A stretch of 61,348 bases of DNA. Source: Basidiobolus ranarum (taxonomy: Eukaryota). Position 1 is the first letter of the stretch. The number at the start of each line of letters is the position of its first letter. Shown piece after piece: positions 11,316 through 25,058 of the stretch. The DNA is taken from positions 1-61,348 of the forward strand of contig JASJQH010006882.1 of NCBI GenBank assembly GCA_040143965.1, in the 5' to 3' direction. The position numbers and the translations under genes were made by a program. Below the pieces are notes generated by a model that was given only the letters and a program-made list of their open reading frames with translations, made no database searches and had not been told where the DNA came from.

Positions 11316-13611
11316 TGTTATGTGTCGAAAGAATTCAACTGGAGGTGAGGTATGCGGAAATACGAGACAGGTCGGAGATGTCAGAAGCTACGCTGGACTT
11401 TGAGACCTGTATTTATAGCTTAAATTGATGTTGAATTGTTCATTAAAACCAAAGTATAACTGCCATATTTGTGTACCTTAATTCGGTGTCTTTTACATCA
11501 AATTTGGAAACTTGTCTTACTTGAAAACCCTTCCCGATAGACAGTCAACTAGTCACATTCGTTGGGGAGTCCGGGATTGCTTGAACTAAATATTAGTTTA
11601 CTCCGAGCCAATTAGTTCCTACGAGCATTTATAAATGGCAATTTCCTATGATTCTATCCCCAGCCAGTTTAACAGCAACGAAATTTTTCCGCGAGTCAAC
11701 AAACTAACTAAACTGTTACTGCTATGGTGTTAGTTGTCCAACTCAGTGCATCTCTATTGCAACATGAACTCCTGATATTCGGCAACTCCAGTAAGAAGTG
11801 CAATATAGCTTGCAACATTATCGCACTTTAATAAAGTTAAAGATGAGTTTTAATGCTTATCTCTGCACTTAAAATCATCATTCAAACTCCAACTAAAACG
11901 GATGTGGCTAAATGATCAATTAGTCAGCTAATATTTTCATTTGAATAATATAGAACAAAGCTCAATGTTAGAGTCTCATCTGTACTAGTTCCAGTAGATA
12001 CATAGTCTCATACTACCATCTCTGCATGCGTCTTTTTTTAAATGGTATGGAGTAGTGCTCTTTAAGCCTAGCTTGGGTTGGTATTTACTACGAAATGCAC
12101 ATCATGTTTCACTCTCTTTCGTTCCCGATCGTCGCTTCGATTATAATATCCGAAGCGACTAAAAATAGCTCCTTCATATGTTCTTCCGATTTGACCAAAG
12201 AATTCGGATAAATCGCGGATGCTTTTAGAGACTGCCTAACCGAGTAATATGGAGAAAATCGATTAACAATCAATCACTAAACTACCTCCTAGGGTCTGAC
12301 CACTCTGAACCTGCTTGTAAGATTTAGATATTAATTGCATGCAAAATACAAGTAGGTAAGTATTGAAGCGATTCAAGCTGGGCTCTTCCTTCAATAAAAG
12401 GTACAGCTGTTGTTAATACATATGCTGCACATCAGCGGTGAGGATATTTCGTCAAAATCAATTGGAAATGATGAGGTAAAGCCGAGTCTTTTTGAATGCT
12501 GCTTGAGAATGGAGATTAAGCCGTTGTTACTGAATGTATACCTATTTATAAGGGTTCAGGGTTCGAAATCGCATGACATAGACGTTATGAAGGGTGCTAT
12601 ACAAGTTTTGATTTTCAGGTTAACATCTGACTTTAATTTACCCAAATTGGCTAAAGCGCTCATAGATTTGATTTGAGGAGTTGGCGAACCAGAAATTGGC
12701 ACATTTCGTATCAGCAAATCACCCCTCTAAAGGAATCGATCCATGTCGTGTTTCGTCAATTATATTGTTTTGTGACGATGTACATGGCATTTCAATTGGC
12801 CATGTTGTAGTTCCATACCATTAAACCTTAAACGTGAAACCTTTCAATTCATAGTCAATTCAATTGGCCCAAACATATCCACTTTGGATCTAAAGTGTAT
12901 CCTTAAGATATTGCTTCACTAGTGCCAGGGGTTTGGAGGTCAACATCATAGAAGACTGGCGAAGCATCATTTTCTGTTTGAAACATATTGCATTGCATGT
13001 ATGCTAAACACAATACGGTGACGTCGGCACTGCGCAGCGCATCTGCCAAGTTTTCAAGATGAATACTGTCTACGTGGCATCAATGGCTGATAGTAATTGC
13101 CGTATCCATCACTTGTAACTGTGGTCAGCTTATCATGTGAACATAATGGAGAGGCAGACATCACGGAGTAATATTTCAATATCTTTCCTAATTCTAAAAT
13201 CACTGTTAAATTTCGAAAAAATCTCTTGTGAAACAGTCCTGATAGACTTGATTGGCAAATATGTTTTATCTTTTAAATTGGTTCGTTTTGGTTGTAATTC
13301 CAATATCAACCCCCCTCTCTTTCTAATACTCGTTTGTCCATAGTAATCCGCGAAAGAATAAACTACCTTTGCTACCCTTTTTTTGTTTATAAGTCATATA
13401 GCAAGCAGCCGATACTCTAGAAGCCTCCATTTTCATATTACCATAGTTTGCTCAGTGATAAGGTATTCTACATTTCTTGTTTACCTCTTTTGACGTCAAA
13501 AATGGAGCAACAGTAATGCTGTTACACTTATTTGTCCTAAATTGCTACATAAAATGTTTATACTCCGAATTCACACTTTTAGAATATTATTGTAATTTGA
13601 ACTAGAAAAGT

Positions 13612-15087
13612 ATGACTACCAGTATTGAAGAAACCCCCGTAGATAAGCACCATCACTATCATTTTGGTCTGAGAAAAGCCTTGGCCAGAGGGGCCCGTAA
13701 AACTTTTAAAGCGATTCTTCCAACATGGGGGCATAAACGTCCACATACCCCAAGAAGAAATAGTTTCGGCCGTCAAAGCCGTCCTAGCTCTGCTAATGGT
13801 GAGATCAAAGTTGAGCCCATCCCAAACTGTGACATGATCTTGGACCTTAAGTTAGTTCCAACTTCACAATTTTTCTTCTCTCCTCATCTTTTATTGATAT
13901 TCTTTGGTTGGTATTAGGACGTTGAAGAATCCTGAAGTCCTTCAGATTAAGGTAACTGAACTCATTCGCACACTTATTCCAAGCTGGAGTCATGCTCAAG
14001 TATCTGATGTAGTGTTGCATCGCATCAGTGGTGCCTTGACCAATTGTGTATTTTTGGTCGAAGGCCCAAGGAAACAAAACAAACCTGAGGGAAATGTTCA
14101 AAAAGTTTTACTCCGTATTTATGGTGAAGGTGTCGATCAACTATTTGTAAGGGAAAAGGAACTCTGCTGGCTTAGCAGATTATCTTCTCTAGGTATTGGT
14201 CCAAAAATGCTAGGACTCTTCCGTAATGGAAGATTGGAAGAATACATCGATTCAGTCACATTGACTAAAACAGACATCCGGGATCCTTCTGTCTCACGGC
14301 ATATTGCTAGGAGACTAATGCAACTACATACCGTTGTATCAATTTATCCACCTGAAGAAGACTTTTCACCTGAGATGTGGCTCAGTATTGATAAATGGTA
14401 TCCGTTGGCCATTAAAGCTGCCGCACTAGTTGCCCAAAGAGATCCTGAAGCTCGTGATCGCTTAGAAGCTTTTGATTTACTCAAACTAGGTGATGAAATT
14501 GATGCGTTCCAGGACGCTTTATCCGAACTTGAAGCACCTATCGTATTTGCACATAATGATGTACGTAACATAGCAGAACACTACATTTCAACCGCTACTA
14601 ACTTCATATGGACTTTCCTATTCTATAGACTCAATATGGTAACATCCTTCGGTCCAAGAAAACCAATGAATTGATTGTCATCGATTTCGAGTATTCAGGC
14701 TATAACTATCGAGCATATGATATCGCCAATCACTTCTGTGAATGGACAGCAGACTATCATTCAGATGAACCACACGTACTTCATTTTGATCAATATCCCA
14801 CAAAAGAGGAGCAACTGAACTTCCTTTCGGCCTACATTGAAGCGGAAAAGAATTTTAGTAGTGTGAGTGAAACCGAATCACCAGATGAAGAAAGAGTCGA
14901 AAACCTCTATAAAGAAGTAAATCGATTCGCACCTGCCTCACATCTTCTCTGGGGACTTTGGGGACTTGTTCAAGCCTCACAATCAGGTATTGAATTTGAT
15001 TACTTCAAATATGGTATACAACGTTTGGAGCAATTTCGAATTTTGAGAGATCAGTTATTCCCTTTGCACACCAAGATCAAAGTTTAG
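13612..15087 (+). CDS. Choline/ethanolamine kinase (3 exons)
   Basis: Exons 13612-13850, 13918-14560 and 14629-15087. Motifs ISGALTN, LLRIYG, FAHNDTQYGNIL (Brenner motif) and IDFEYSGYNYRAYDIANHFCEW. Confidence 0.95.
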
Positions 15088-15909
15088 ATGAATTTTTAGT
15101 TTATTTTACTTGACGAATATTCGAAATCATTTAATTCCCCTTTCAATTTGTATGTATTAAAAAAGCCTCCCCTCTTCCCACTTTTATTAGGATTATTAAA
15201 TAAAGGAAAACTATCTTGATCATCATTACTATCATAGCTTATTTAAGTGTTGATTATATCTTGTGATCTACTGCGAACTCTAACATGTAAATGAAAATCT
15301 AAAAAAGAATTCATAAAATTAATGGAATTTTATATTGGGATATAGGTAAAATAATCCATTGAAAGAATATAGACAAGTATTTTATTTACTTGAGTTTTTA
15401 GCCGTATAAACTACTAATTGAATAGATTAGTTCATGCGACTACGTTTCAAACTCATATGAAATGCTTTAATATCAATGTGGAAGAAATGTAAAGGAGGAG
15501 TGGGGGGGGGAAGGGAAGGAAATATACTACTATGTTTAGCTAATGTTTTTTGGATTTTAGGTAAATTGCTAATGGAATTGATTGAACAATATAAGACAAC
15601 CGTTGAAATTCTATCTAAACCATGTACAGCTTGATAAAAGTGAAGGGATCTGTAACAAGGAAACAACAAACAGAGAATGTGCTATATATATATATATATG
15701 ACTATGGACTTTGTAAATCAATAATCAAGGCCAAAATAAGACATAACAAAAAGTTAAAAAAATAGTAAACGAAGAAAAATATTTCAACAAACGAATACCG
15801 AAGCTAAAAGTATATACAAGGGATGTCCGATAACGGACTATCTAGATCATGCTAATTGTTGCGAAATATGCTAACATAGCTCTACTTCCCCTTGTGTTGG
15901 TAAGCTCAA

Positions 15910-16797
15910 TTAGAAGGTTACTCCAGCTTTACCTGAACGAGCGCCAACACTAAGTGATCTTGGACGAGAATGGATTTTGTGGAAAGATAATGGCAGACCC
16001 TGCTGATTTGAATGAACCAACCCTGCATGGGGTTTACTGTTGGTGATTCCATCTTTCGAATTGACTCCTAGGCCGTATTGCGAATTATACATCGAGGTCT
16101 TGGAAATAACCTCAGGAGAGAACATGGAATCCAAAGGTAAAGGATTTTGGGTTCTGCAAATGGGTGATTGACCGAAAAGTTGACTGAAATTTTGTACACC
16201 ATGGGTTGCGCTGTCGTGATAGTTATATAGTTTAGTTCCATTCCTTCCTATGGGAATTGGTTGAATGGATCTAACTGGAATCTGTTTTTCAATAGAGACT
16301 CCAAAAGGGACATCTTCACCAGATTGGTAAGATTTAGGACTACCATTGTTAACAATTTGCAAAAGCTCAGCATAAGCATCACTTTCAGCGCTCCTATAAA
16401 CATAACTTATAAATAAATAGTCAAAATGGTGGAATTTATCTATTGTTGTTTACCAATCGGGTAACTCCGCTTTCAAGTCAGCTTCAAATGTATCTTCGTC
16501 ACTGTCTTCATCCAAAGTAGACAAACTCCAAGGTGAGGAGGCGCGAGTATTTCTATACTTATATACACCAGTATGTTCACTACAGTGATGAGGCTTCTTG
16601 GGTGCAGGAGCAATGATATCGTTGGAGTCGTACGTGAAAACTTTGTAAGATTTCTTGATTTCCTCATTCAATGGGGTGGATGTACGATTAACTTTGGGCA
16701 ATTCTAATCCAGCACAAGAAGTATTCTTGAAAAGAAAAGGATCGGTGCAGGAACGCTCGAATGACAATGGATGTTGAGAATTTTGTTGAAAAAGCAT
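15910..16797 (-). CDS. Hypothetical, probably disordered protein (2 exons)
   Basis: ORFs 16450-16797 and 15910-16362 are joined in frame by intron 16453-16394 (GTAAAC..TATAG). No recognisable domain; ends RPRSLSVGARSGKAGVTF. Confidence 0.65.
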
Positions 16798-17878
16798 GAT
16801 ACACGTTGATGTCGCCTATTTAATACTAATAAAGTTCACTAAAAGGGTATTTAATGATTAGCACGAAAGATATACAAATATACACAAACAAGATGAGTGA
16901 GTAGTAGAAAAGCGATTGAATCACGTAAAAGGGGACCGATGTCAATAATGGATGGATGTCAATATATATATCAAGCGTGGGATCACAAGAAGAAATACGA
17001 TTGGTGGAAGGGGATAAGAAGCAAGCAGTTCAAGGAATGATCACATGAACCTCAGAACCACTTCCACTTACAAAAAAGGATTGAAAAAAAATGGCGATAA
17101 TTATCCATATGATACACCAAGTAGGAGTTTGACGCCTCTGATCCAAAGGGGAGCATCGTATTTTTTGGCTAGAGTGGATTAATCGGATTATATCTGGTGG
17201 TGGTAGTGGATAGTGGTGGTGGATCGATGTGCATTCCAGATTATTTCATTTGCTAGGGACGGTGTAGAGTGTACAGCGTAGTGATCATCGACAGCGAGCA
17301 ACACCGCCTGCATTAGCTGCAATTCAACCGTTTTGTGGGATCACCATGGGTTGCTGCGGATTTTGTAGATTACATCCGCCTGTATGCTCACTTATCTTAT
17401 TGATCTTGGTTGGCTAACTTTCATTACGTCGACTCATTTACCCGCTGTCTGATGTTTCGGGTTGGCTATAAATATCATGTGAAAGCAGGTTACGTCAAGA
17501 TGCTTTGTTTAAGTCATCTTTCAGCTTAAATATGGCTATCGTCCATAGTACACAACACTCACAAGCCCTGATCTCAGTTGAGGATTAGGGTCTGTTTCAA
17601 TAAATAACAATGGGCTAATTAGGGTTAGGGTCTTGGAATATATTGGGATTATTGGCTAAACTCCACATGCATGTTCTGAATCATCTTCAAGTGATATGAA
17701 ACTAAGCTTGGATGGTTCTGTACTGTACGCGTGATTCAGAACAATCAATATTCCATAAATTATTGACTAGTGTGGGTTTTATTGAACATATTTGCCTGCG
17801 TTTTGGTTGTGCATTGGCAACGATGGGGCATGATTATCATAGAGTGTAGCTTTGTTGCAGAAAGCGGAGGCCGTTAAT

Positions 17879-19661
17879 TTATCTTGTTGGTTGAGAATTG
17901 GTTTCTACTTTAATAGTCATACTAATGGGCAGAGTCAGATCGGTGACAGTGATTTCGTCGCCCGTATTGACCAAATCTTTCATCTGCTTGGTAAGGTTGA
18001 GACGAGTAGCTTGCTCCAATGCTGGAGGAGCTTGCATATATAATGATTGATTAGGTAGGCGTAAGCTGGGCTTCTTTAGTTGACTAGCAATGGAATTAAC
18101 GTTAGAGGTGCTCTAGAGCAATATTTTCAACCAATTGCTTACATGTCAGGATTTTCAGTAAGATATTCTATGAACTCTAATAGAGTCCATTCGGGATTGA
18201 CCTGTACAGTTACTGATACCGTTCCACATACGCTGCAATCAGGTTTACGTTGATGTTGGAAAGTATAGGTATATACGCTTTCATTGCCAGTGTACATCAT
18301 ATAATTATCTAAATAAGGTACTGAGCTTGTAGCTATCTTGAATGCTTCATTGGTACAAGCAGCTATACAAAAGAGCAATCTTTAGTTAGAATTATCCTTC
18401 TCAATGATAAAGATTACAAGAAGCTTACCCGCTATAACTGCATTTGTGGAAGCTATGGCAGGAATAATATTTTTAACAACTCCTTGTGTAAGAGTGTAGG
18501 TAACACCTACGATGTTAAAATGTTTAGCACGAGCTGAGGCGGTATCAAAAAGCCATTTGATATGTTCTGGGTCGTCAGTGTCAAGTTTTTTATCTGAGAA
18601 AGAGTAAAGAGTTAATGAAAATAAGTTTCACAAAATACAACTTGTTACTATCATTACCTCCGTGTACTTTTGGCCATTCCAAAACAGACGCCCATTCTAT
18701 GCAATGTTCTGGCAACCGTGGAGTATTTGCAATTGTACAAATTGGGTACGTAGTCGGTTTATTGAGCATGTCTAGTGAGCATTCATAGCATGACGAAATA
18801 GTTGGAAGGATTACGCGAGCCTGTCCTTTGAAACCTTTATACAGCGATTAATCTTCTATCGATTCATTTTTATGCCAAGTATGTTTTCATACCTTCTGTT
18901 CCACCATCAATTAGCGGCTTGATGCTTTCAGGAGTTTCATCATCTACCATATTGACAAGGGTGGCATTGATCCATCTTCTCGCCTCTACAGAATCCAACC
19001 CGCAGATAACAAGTTGAAATTGTGAGTAGTATTCCTCATCTTTATCTTGAATCTTTCCGAAATATCTATTGAGAGCGAGTTGGTTTATATAATTATAGTA
19101 CATAAATATACAAAGAGTTACAAAAACTTACGGTGTAACTTTAACTCCTTCTACACGCTTCATAATGAATTCTGCTGCAACGATAGCTTTTGGTCTTCCG
19201 ACATCACTTGGCCTAAAAAGCAACATCGTCAATAAAATTCCGGCTATTTAGATTGTAAATTCGTCGCAATTTTAGCATATATGTACCTGAATAGAAATTG
19301 TCGATTAAGATTACTAACATCGATGGTGTCCATATCAATAACATGAATGTCGCGGAAACCGCTCAGAGCCAGATTTTTTAAGATTTCACAACCTAAACCC
19401 CCGGCACCAATGACAAGTATTTTACAGACACGAAGGAAATTTCTTATCTAAATAAATACTGTCAACTTCTTACTAGATTCATCAGGTTGGCAACAAATAA
19501 CAGCAATTAAATACCTCTTCACCAGGGGTAAAGTCTGGATGGCAAAATGGACCAGTTCTATCTAAGGCTTTTCGGATATGTGACCAACGCCCTTTCCAAT
19601 CTACATTGGTCTGTGGCGGGGTCGCCATCTCTTCAACTGAGTCTGTTTGCATGTCACTCAT
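17879..19661 (-). CDS. UBA3: NEDD8-activating enzyme E1 catalytic subunit (multi-exon)
   Basis: Spliced motifs [84 protein letters not shown] and [13 protein letters not shown]. Confidence 0.96.
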
Positions 19662-19980
19662 AAGTTGCTAGGTTGTTCTTATTTGTCACTAATGACCTAC
19701 ATGCTAATTTAAGACAATCGAAATAGATATCTACCCTGTTACGTCAATACTTTGATGTAATTTAAACAATAAATGCAGTGGATAATCATAATTTAATCTC
19801 TATTTCTTCAGTAACAAGTTGTGACCATTTTCTTGATGTGAATTTCAGTTGTAGGGGTGTCAAATCTCGAAAGAAAATTTTTTGATTTCTGAATAATTGC
19901 TTTTTGAGCTCTACGATTACTATTACTCATCGTGTTGAAAGTTTTGTCTAGTTCACTTGGAAACAGACTGAGCAACCAAA

Positions 19981-20829
19981 ATGCATCACGGAAAACATGT
20001 TCGTAGACTAAACAAAAAATGGTCTCATCGCGTAGCTATGCTCCGTAATATGACCACTTCCCTGATTCTCCAGGGAAGAATCAAGACTACTCTACCCAAA
20101 GCCAAGGAGCTAAGACGTGTTGCTGAGAAAGTATGTTTTCCGTAGTTTAATTGTCAAATTATATCTTCAGTCCATAATATACATTGTTACTTACTTTCTC
20201 TACCTATTTAGATGGTTACTTATGCAAAGCGTCAAGATGACAAAGGAAAGGATTTAGCTCGTGCTTTTCTTAGAGTAAGTTTTTAATTTGTACATGATAA
20301 TGTTTAGGCAAAGGCTGTTAAGCTATTGAGAACTCTCTTAACGAAAACATTTCTATTATAGGAACATCCCGAGTCACTTCCCAAGCTTTATGAGTTAGCA
20401 GAGCGTTTCAAGACTCGTCCCGGAGGCTACACCCGTATTTGGAAATACGGTAACCGGTATGGTGATAATGCACCAATGGCTATTATTGAATATATTGATG
20501 GACCCCAGGATTTGAAGTACAATGTCTTCCTCAAGTCACTCGCTTACAAGCAATTACAAAAGGAAAACAAGGTTCCTTCACCTGTTGTGCAAGATAAATT
20601 GAATCTCAACAAGAAAATGACTAAAGACGAGTTCAAAAAAGTAATGAAGAGAAACCAGTCCGAGTCCAAATTCCAACGTAAATTGAGTAAAGTAATGGTT
20701 GGCAAGAACATTACCCGTGAAGAACTTAACGAAGATGTAGATAAAGAAATGGAAAGAATTATGACTCTCATGAAGGAAACAAATATTGGCTTGTATGGAG
20801 CTAAGCCTGTCACTTCTGGCGGTAAATAG
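19981..20829 (+). CDS. MRPL17: Mitochondrial ribosomal protein bL17m (3 exons)
   Basis: [75 protein letters not shown]. Divergent from UBA3. Confidence 0.93.
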
Positions 20830-22049
20830 ATTCACATCTCTTGCATTTAGACAAAGTTTGACTTGATCTCTCTTTTAAAAAGTACCATGATCTCTCATAG
20901 TATCTTTTAATTTCATTTTATATTACTGCCCCATTCTATTGTCATTTGGATCACAGTCTTTTTGCTCGTTTGTCTCCAACGAAAAAGGCTCTCTCTTGTT
21001 ATTTTTTCTCATAGCATAAAGATATCTCTTGAAGTAAACTCTCATGAAGATGTCATGATATTTAATCATCTGATCTTGATTAACATGTTATCACTTTTGT
21101 TGCCCAGCCGTGTTAACTTTCTTCGGAATATCATTTGGACTTTTGTTACGCTGGAACTGGTAAATATTGAAGGCAAATATGGAATATTATTTAGCTGCCA
21201 ATGCATCGTTAAATTTGGGAATTGCTAGACAGTCAATATTCCAAATTCTCAGATTAGATACGTTGGAGCTAGAGCATCAACTCTAGTCAACCAGTTCATA
21301 TTGCATAGGTTTCCATAAACCAGACCATTCTATAATATCCTTCATGGTTCTCGTATACGTTAGTGATAAGACTCTAGGCATAGCATGTAGTTATCAATGA
21401 GACAACCGGGTTCACTAGGAGCAATATAAAATATTCTGCTATATGCGACAGTTGTTTGACCTTTATTTTCGGTTCATTTCATGGTGTAGCAATATACTTG
21501 ATTAAACCAGGTAGGCCTCTTTAGTCTATATGAAAAATATCTCTTGTCAACTCCATGTATTCTTTCCTATTTAGCTAATTGTGACTCTACTCTGAAAATT
21601 AGAGTCACTTAGTAGAGACTCAACAGTTTCAAACATAATGCCGATGAACACTGACAAAAAACGGAGATCTTTAGTGTTTGTGTAGTTGTATAGTAGAAAA
21701 CCTTTGAATGACAATCTATATGCTAACTTGTGGTGTGAACTTAGTGCATCCGCAATGTGAAAAGGTTTTGCACTTGATTAATATCATCTCTAGGCAACAA
21801 AACTGGAGTTCAGATTGTGCATCTATCTATCTACGAAGATCGCATTAGTAATCATAGTAGCCACAGCATTAATTTGTACCCAATTGAAGAGGTGGTTCGT
21901 AATCATATGAGCAGTTAAACGATCGATTCTGAATAACGATTATTGAGTCTCCAAAATGAACAGTCACCAATGGATCTTTAGATAGTTTTCCATTTTACTT
22001 TTAATCACTTTATTCATTTCTAAGCCTTAACAATTACTAGCAACTTCCT

Positions 22050-24061
22050 ATGAGTGCCTGGTTTGAATTGGCTTTTGTTGAAAGTGACGACGATTACGAA
22101 GACGTAACAGACGAGTATCAAGACCTTTTTGATGAAGCTTTAGAAGATATCGAACAGGAATATACGACAGATTCGGAATACGACTTAGATAGTTCTGAAC
22201 AGGAAGAGGTCCAAATACCAAGCTATACTCCTAGCCAAAGTAAGCAAGAGAAAAAGGAAAATCTACAAAAAAGTCACGAACTACAGGCTTCTGGAGAGTT
22301 CGGCTACTCCGATGCTTATGTAAATCCTCAAAACGTAATCGGTAAACGGAAGGCCTCGAACAATGTGTTTGACAAGCTCATAACTAGGGAATGTATGCCA
22401 AGTTACTTCCTTAAAGCTCCTGTTTCAAAGGTTCAATTTTGTTTTCCTATCTGAATGTTAACTTGCAAACTTATTCTTTAAAATTTACAATAGAATTATT
22501 GGCCTTCGGGAAGAGGTAAAGTTGTTGTACAGTATGACACACGACCATATTCCGGACAGTACTCAGAAGACGGGTATTATATTATGACTAGATTTTTCTT
22601 CTTCTATCAAACCGTCTAACTCTTTTACGATTAGAACATTTTTCTACGTTTGTTGTCAGGATTTTCTTGTTCACATATACGACACAACAGGCCCTGAACT
22701 TAAAGAAACTAAGGTTATTACAGGTGAAACAGGTAACATGGATTGCACTAAATTATTGTAGCATACTTTGTACTCATTACAACGTGAACTATCTGTAGGT
22801 CGATGGACTATTACAGGTAATTGTTTCGATAACTTTAGTCAACTCTAGATGGACATACCGAAATAACTTTTAATTTATCGAAGATGCAACATTAAGTTTC
22901 GACAATCAGTGGATTATATATTCTTCTATTTCACCCGTCATATACATGGCGAAAACCGACCCAGATGATGATACACAGCATGCACTAGACTTTGGCCAAG
23001 ATGAGTATCCAGGTTTTGGGGTTGGTTAAAGTTACTTCATTACAATTGTGAATTAGTGTGTAACAGTTGTATAGTTATGGTCTATTAGATTTTCCGGAGA
23101 TGCTCGAGAAATTGTAGCTGGAGCAAGCGATGCGAGAATATACGGTAATTCTCACCTTAAGTTTGAGAGCGGACAGGCATTTCTCGAAGCTAATACATAT
23201 TTAGTATATGATGTTGAGACTAGGAAAATAGTATCTAAAAACGCGGGTCATGAAGATGAAGTGAACGCAGTTTGTTTTGCTGATTCAGCATCTACCCATG
23301 TCCTTTTTAGTGGAAGTGATGATTCTTTTGTTAAAGTTTGGTGAGAAACACACAAGTTGACTTTTGATGAGTATAGCGCTAATTCTTTATTGTTAGGGAT
23401 CGAAGATCGATGAAGGGGAGAGGAAGCCGTCCAGCTGGTGCTCTGATTGGTCACACTGAGGGAATAACGTTTGTTTCTTCTAAAGGAGATGGACGCTATT
23501 GTTTAACCAATTCGAAAGACCAAACCATGAAGTTATGGGATATAAGGTTTGAGTTGAATATCAATTCAACCATCTAGCTACTTTCGTTTTAACAGCATAT
23601 TGATTTTCAGAAAAATGGTGTCGGCGGGTCAGTTTGACAGCACAGAGCGATTAGATTTTCGTTGCCATTGGGATTATCGTTTTATGGAATATCCAGGCCC
23701 CAGGAAATTTAAACACCCAAACGATTGCTCAGTGATGACTTACCGGGGACATAGAGTTTTAAAAACCTTGATTCGATGCCATTTTTCTCCATTACACAAT
23801 ACTGGACAGAGATATTTATATACCGGTTCAGAGGATGGGAAAGTTCGCGTTTTCAATCTGGCAGGGGATATTGTGCAAACTCTCAATGTCGGAGCAGCTA
23901 CTTCCCAGGATCTTAGTAGACCCACTTCTCGTCGGGCTGTTACTCGTGATGTTAGTTGGCATCCATATCTTCCTAAAATTATCTCCACTAGTTGGCATGG
24001 AAGTCACGATACATTAGGGTCAGTCGTCCAACATCAGTATACTTCAGCTACAATTTTCTGA
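22050..24061 (+). CDS. DCAF11: WD40 protein, DCAF11/WDR23-like CRL4 substrate receptor (multi-exon)
   Basis: Spliced motifs YSGQYSEDG, GRWTITD, GHEDEVNAVCFAD, SGSDDSFVKVWDRRSM, LIGHTEGIT, KDQTMKLWDIRKM, WDYR and DCSVMTYRGHRVLKTLIRCHFSP..TGQRYLYTGS. Confidence 0.9.
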
Positions 24062-25058
24062 AGAGCCAATTTGCACCAGAGAAAAGTCCAGAGGAGATGG
24101 TAATACTGTTATTTCGGTTATATGAAGACAATGACGCAATAGGCTACTTGCCATTTGGTCTATTGCTGCTACTAACAGAACATTGACCTTACTAACATCA
24201 ATTGTTGCAAGACACTGAATTGGCTATGGTATTATGGACCGGAACGACTGGTATTCCGATCTTGAATGTAATTAAATTAACTATATACTTTTTGAAATAC
24301 TATGTTGTATTACTGAAGCCTATGTTGAGAATTATGCCGATACAATCAAACCATAGATAAGTGTCAACAACAGTTACGAAACAAGTTGAAGTTTCGTTTG
24401 CATAGGGTGATGTTCATCAATATAGACAAATAAGGTTATTTGATTGATTGTCAATGGAAACTAACCCTAGATTGTAAGCAATCAGCAAACTCAATTTCAA
24501 ACTGTTTCGGATTACTAAAGACCATTAACTTCAGGGCAGAACTTTAAGTATATACCACATACAAAAGTACAGGAAGAAAATGGGAGGGGGTTGAATATAG
24601 ATTTATGTTGGAGAATATATTCCCAATAAGGTGACCTGAAGTGTTTTTAGCACAGGTTCAAAAATCAATGGTCTTTTCAGGTGGTATATGTAGTTGGTAT
24701 GCCTTTTGCTTAAACAATGGAGTACGGGGAGGGGAAGTAAGTGGTTGAAAAGGAAAAAGGTATAGTGTTAAAACTACGGATATGGCCAACGCTAGCTGAC
24801 TATAAATACAAATAACAACGCCTCTTCAGAAGCTAAAAAATGTAAGTGAAAGGAATAAAAGATATGTAAGAGGATAGAAATAATAAGAGTTAGGATTCTA
24901 TGTAATCTAGAGAAGGGCTAGAAACGTGGGGTTAATGTATACATGGTAAAATCCTTCCATCTCATCTATACTACCACCCTCTTTAAAAATTGTTACTTTT
25001 AGACTTGCTTATAGACGATAGAATTGTGAAGGAAAAAATGACCCATTCCAAGTTTTCT

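Noticed and set aside
13612-15087. Choline kinase as the equivalent of the choline transporter recalled from the AMF MAT locus
   Set aside because: It is an unrelated protein family; only the name overlaps.
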